A stretch of 64,000 nt of DNA, taken from the human T2T-CHM13v2.0 reference genome, Homo sapiens. Made by a program: the position numbers and the translations under genes. This document shows, in pieces, positions 61,491 through 64,000 of the stretch. The stretch lies in NCBI RefSeq assembly GCF_009914755.1, contig NC_060926.1. One strand, given 5' to 3'. Under the pieces are notes generated by a model, which worked only from the letters and a program-made list of their open reading frames with translations, was not told the DNA's origin and searched no databases. How positions within the stretch are numbered: position 1 is the stretch's first letter; every line of letters begins with the position of its first letter.

Positions 61491-63716
61491 ACACAGTGAG
61501 TGCTTCTTTATCGGCCCTTCCTTTGTGGAGTGAGAGAGGAGGTTTGTTTATTGATAGGGAGGAGGAGGAGGAGAGGAGGATGCTGAAAAATAGAGGCAAG
61601 CATAAAGCTCATCAAAATTTTCCCTTTGCCTGTTCTTTTAGTTATGTAATGTGATTATTGCATGGCCTCATTATGCAGAGTAGTCAGGGAAGGTGGTTAG
61701 AGCACTGACTTTATCAACTCCACTAGATCTATTTAAGCCTTAGTAAAGCTATAAAACTGCCCTTTTGTTTACTTATTCATGGTCTTTCATTGTGAATCTT
61801 ATACTGAGAAAGCGATGATGGGTTGAATGTACAACTCAAAAAGAAATGGTTATATAACACTGAGGAAAACTCATCTGTTTTAATAATATGGTTACTTGTA
61901 ACTGATGATTTTTAACAAAAGATGATGCTTTGAGGAGAGAATTTTCTGTTTCACATGCCGAGACAAGAGCTCTTTCTATCTCCATTTTTTTTCTTTTAAT
62001 TTTGTCAAGATAAATTTTAGATGGACATGGTATGAGTTTGCATGAGAGTGCTCTGGCTTTGGAAACCTGAGTTGATGGCATGGGTGCATTATTTCTGGTA
62101 AGGGATACTATCACATGTAACCTCAAAAGAAAACTCGAAAGGTGGGGTTTCTCTTTCACCTCTCTTTTTTTTTTTTTTAAAGGAGGGACAATACAGTTAT
62201 GCGTAGTGAGTAAAATATGAATATACAGCATAGGCAAATTAAGAGCTGTGTACAGACTTTGAATACCAGAAGGAAAACAAATGCTGTTGTCAGAGACCAC
62301 GTGCAGGAAAGGAATATGTCTTCTAAACCGTGCTACTGGCTGCAACACAACAACAGAAGTAGTTTAGGTTCACAAACCAGATTATACTTGTTTTTACAAT
62401 AGTTCAGGGACACACAAAGCTGCTTACAGTTGACTTTATATGAATAGTGTACATATACGTAGGTTCACGGGCAGTGTATTTTAGAGTTAGCTTCTTGAAG
62501 TGCTGAGAAAGAAGTTAAGAATCAGTTTGAAACCTTAATTGAAGGTTGAGTTGGTAGTGAGTGGAAGGGACCATGGGTGGATGAGGAGCCCAGAATGGAA
62601 TCTGAATCCCTTTCATCCCTTAATCTCTTGCCTTTTGATTTGTGTATGAAACTTTCAATTTTTTTCTCTAAGCCAATGAGAAGAGTTCAGTTTGAGTGCT
62701 TTAGTGATGCTTGAAGTGATATTTCAATATTGAAGTTATACTGTGGATATAATTATGAGGAATCAAGTGTACTGTGAAGTCACATGGGAGAAATGTGGAG
62801 AAACTTATTGGGATTGAGGAAGGGGACCCCACATAATTCTGTGTTTTGTCTTTTGTTCTGGATAAATGCTTAGCCATTATAATAAACAAGCTTTTTATTA
62901 AAATCCACTCAGTTATTTTGTGTATGATGTCTTCTGATGTCGTATGAAATCATAGACTCTTGGGTTCCAGTGCTACATCTGCCCTAGCTTTACAAGGTGT
63001 GTTTTTCTTGTGTAACCTGGGTTCCCCACTTGGTCACTAAGAGGCACAGTCCATTGGATTGCCACCTGGGAGGAGCTCCCTTTCTCATTGGTCAGTTAGT
63101 AATCTTTTATTTAGTGCTGAATTAAATTATCTTCAACAGTAGAGTATTTTTAACATATCTTGACAGAGTCATATGATTGAATTTCGTGGTTTGTATTACC
63201 ATATTGACTAATTACTTGGCTGTTGAATACTGTATTTTTTTAGTGGCTAAAATAAATGAATAACTTTATATGTAAGTTTGCCTATAGTAAAAAATGGGAA
63301 ATTTTTCTTGCTATTAAACAAAAATTACTGGGTCTTTAGCCAGTTGGGTTTTTCAAGTGAGCAAAGAGCAGCTGCGTATGTGTAGTAAATACTAGTGATA
63401 GCTGCTTGCAGAATCTGAAATCTCCATTGTTTTAGATGCTCTGACATGAAGACTTGCCAGTGCCCTTTGACTGTTGATGAAAGAAAGCATGTGCTAATCC
63501 TTTTTTCGGACCCTTTAGTTGATGATTTTTTATTTGCCAGTCTCCCTCTTCAAACTTAGTTCCTCACACTTGATGTTGTAGTAGCGACTGCAAGGCTGTT
63601 ACCACCCTTGGAAGGGGCGCTATCCTTTGTAATGCATCTTCACCAGATGTCTCTAAAACTCTTCTGCCCGTTTTCCCCACCTGACCCACTGCCCAGCCAG
63701 ATCTTCCCTCCCCCTT

Positions 63717-63975
63717 TGTCTTAGTCCATTTTGTGCTGCTGTAGTAGACCACCACAGACTGAGTACTTTAAATGAACAGGAATTTATTGGCTCATGACTC
63801 TGGAGGCTGAGAAGCCAAAGGTCGAGGGGCTGGCATCTGATGTCTGGTGAAGGCCTTTTTGCTGCATCATAACGTGGAAGGCATCGCATGGTGAGAGGGA
63901 GGGGGAAGGGGACTGAACTTCCCCTTTTATAATAAACTTGCTTTGGACATAACTAACCCACTCTCTTAGACTAAC
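63717..63975 (-). mobile_element. MST/MLT1A-type MaLR LTR fragment
   Basis: TGTCTTAGTCCATTTTGTGCTGCT...AATTTATTGGCTCATGACTCTGGAGGCTGAGAAG...GGCATCTG. Confidence 0.85.
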
Positions 63976-64000
63976 CTTTTTACTCCTCCCTCCTGGCCTT

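Noticed and set aside
63604-63622. CTTGGAAGGGGCGCTA as a second CTCF site
   Set aside because: 5' half of the core motif mismatches at several key positions

Overview
Primate (very likely human/hominid) non-coding genomic DNA. It holds 27 Alu SINEs (J, S and Y types; 10 on +, 17 on -), a young 5'-truncated L1PA2-like element inserted into the linker of an AluJ, older L1M/L2/MIR remnants, four solo LTRs (THE1, two MST/MLT1-type, MER51) all on the - strand, Tigger/Charlie DNA-transposon MITEs and several microsatellites. I found no host protein-coding exon, RNA gene or CpG island. The only ORF with real homology is the L1 ORF2 C-terminal half (30992-32812); the other listed ORFs are Alu-derived, low-complexity or chance. 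By eye the + strand is T/G-rich and the LTRs are all antisense, which suggests a long intron of a + strand transcript; I cannot name the gene. Best leads: a candidate intronic alternative terminal exon (~50933-51540), an Alu tail expanded into a ~530-bp CCCCT/CCCCATT array inside its TSDs, the uninterrupted stop-lost L1 ORF2 fragment, closely spaced inverted Alus, a candidate recursive splice site and a strong CTCF motif. The sequence does not support a new multi-gene biological system. Repeat subfamily calls come from remembered consensus sequences, and boundaries of old repeats are approximate.
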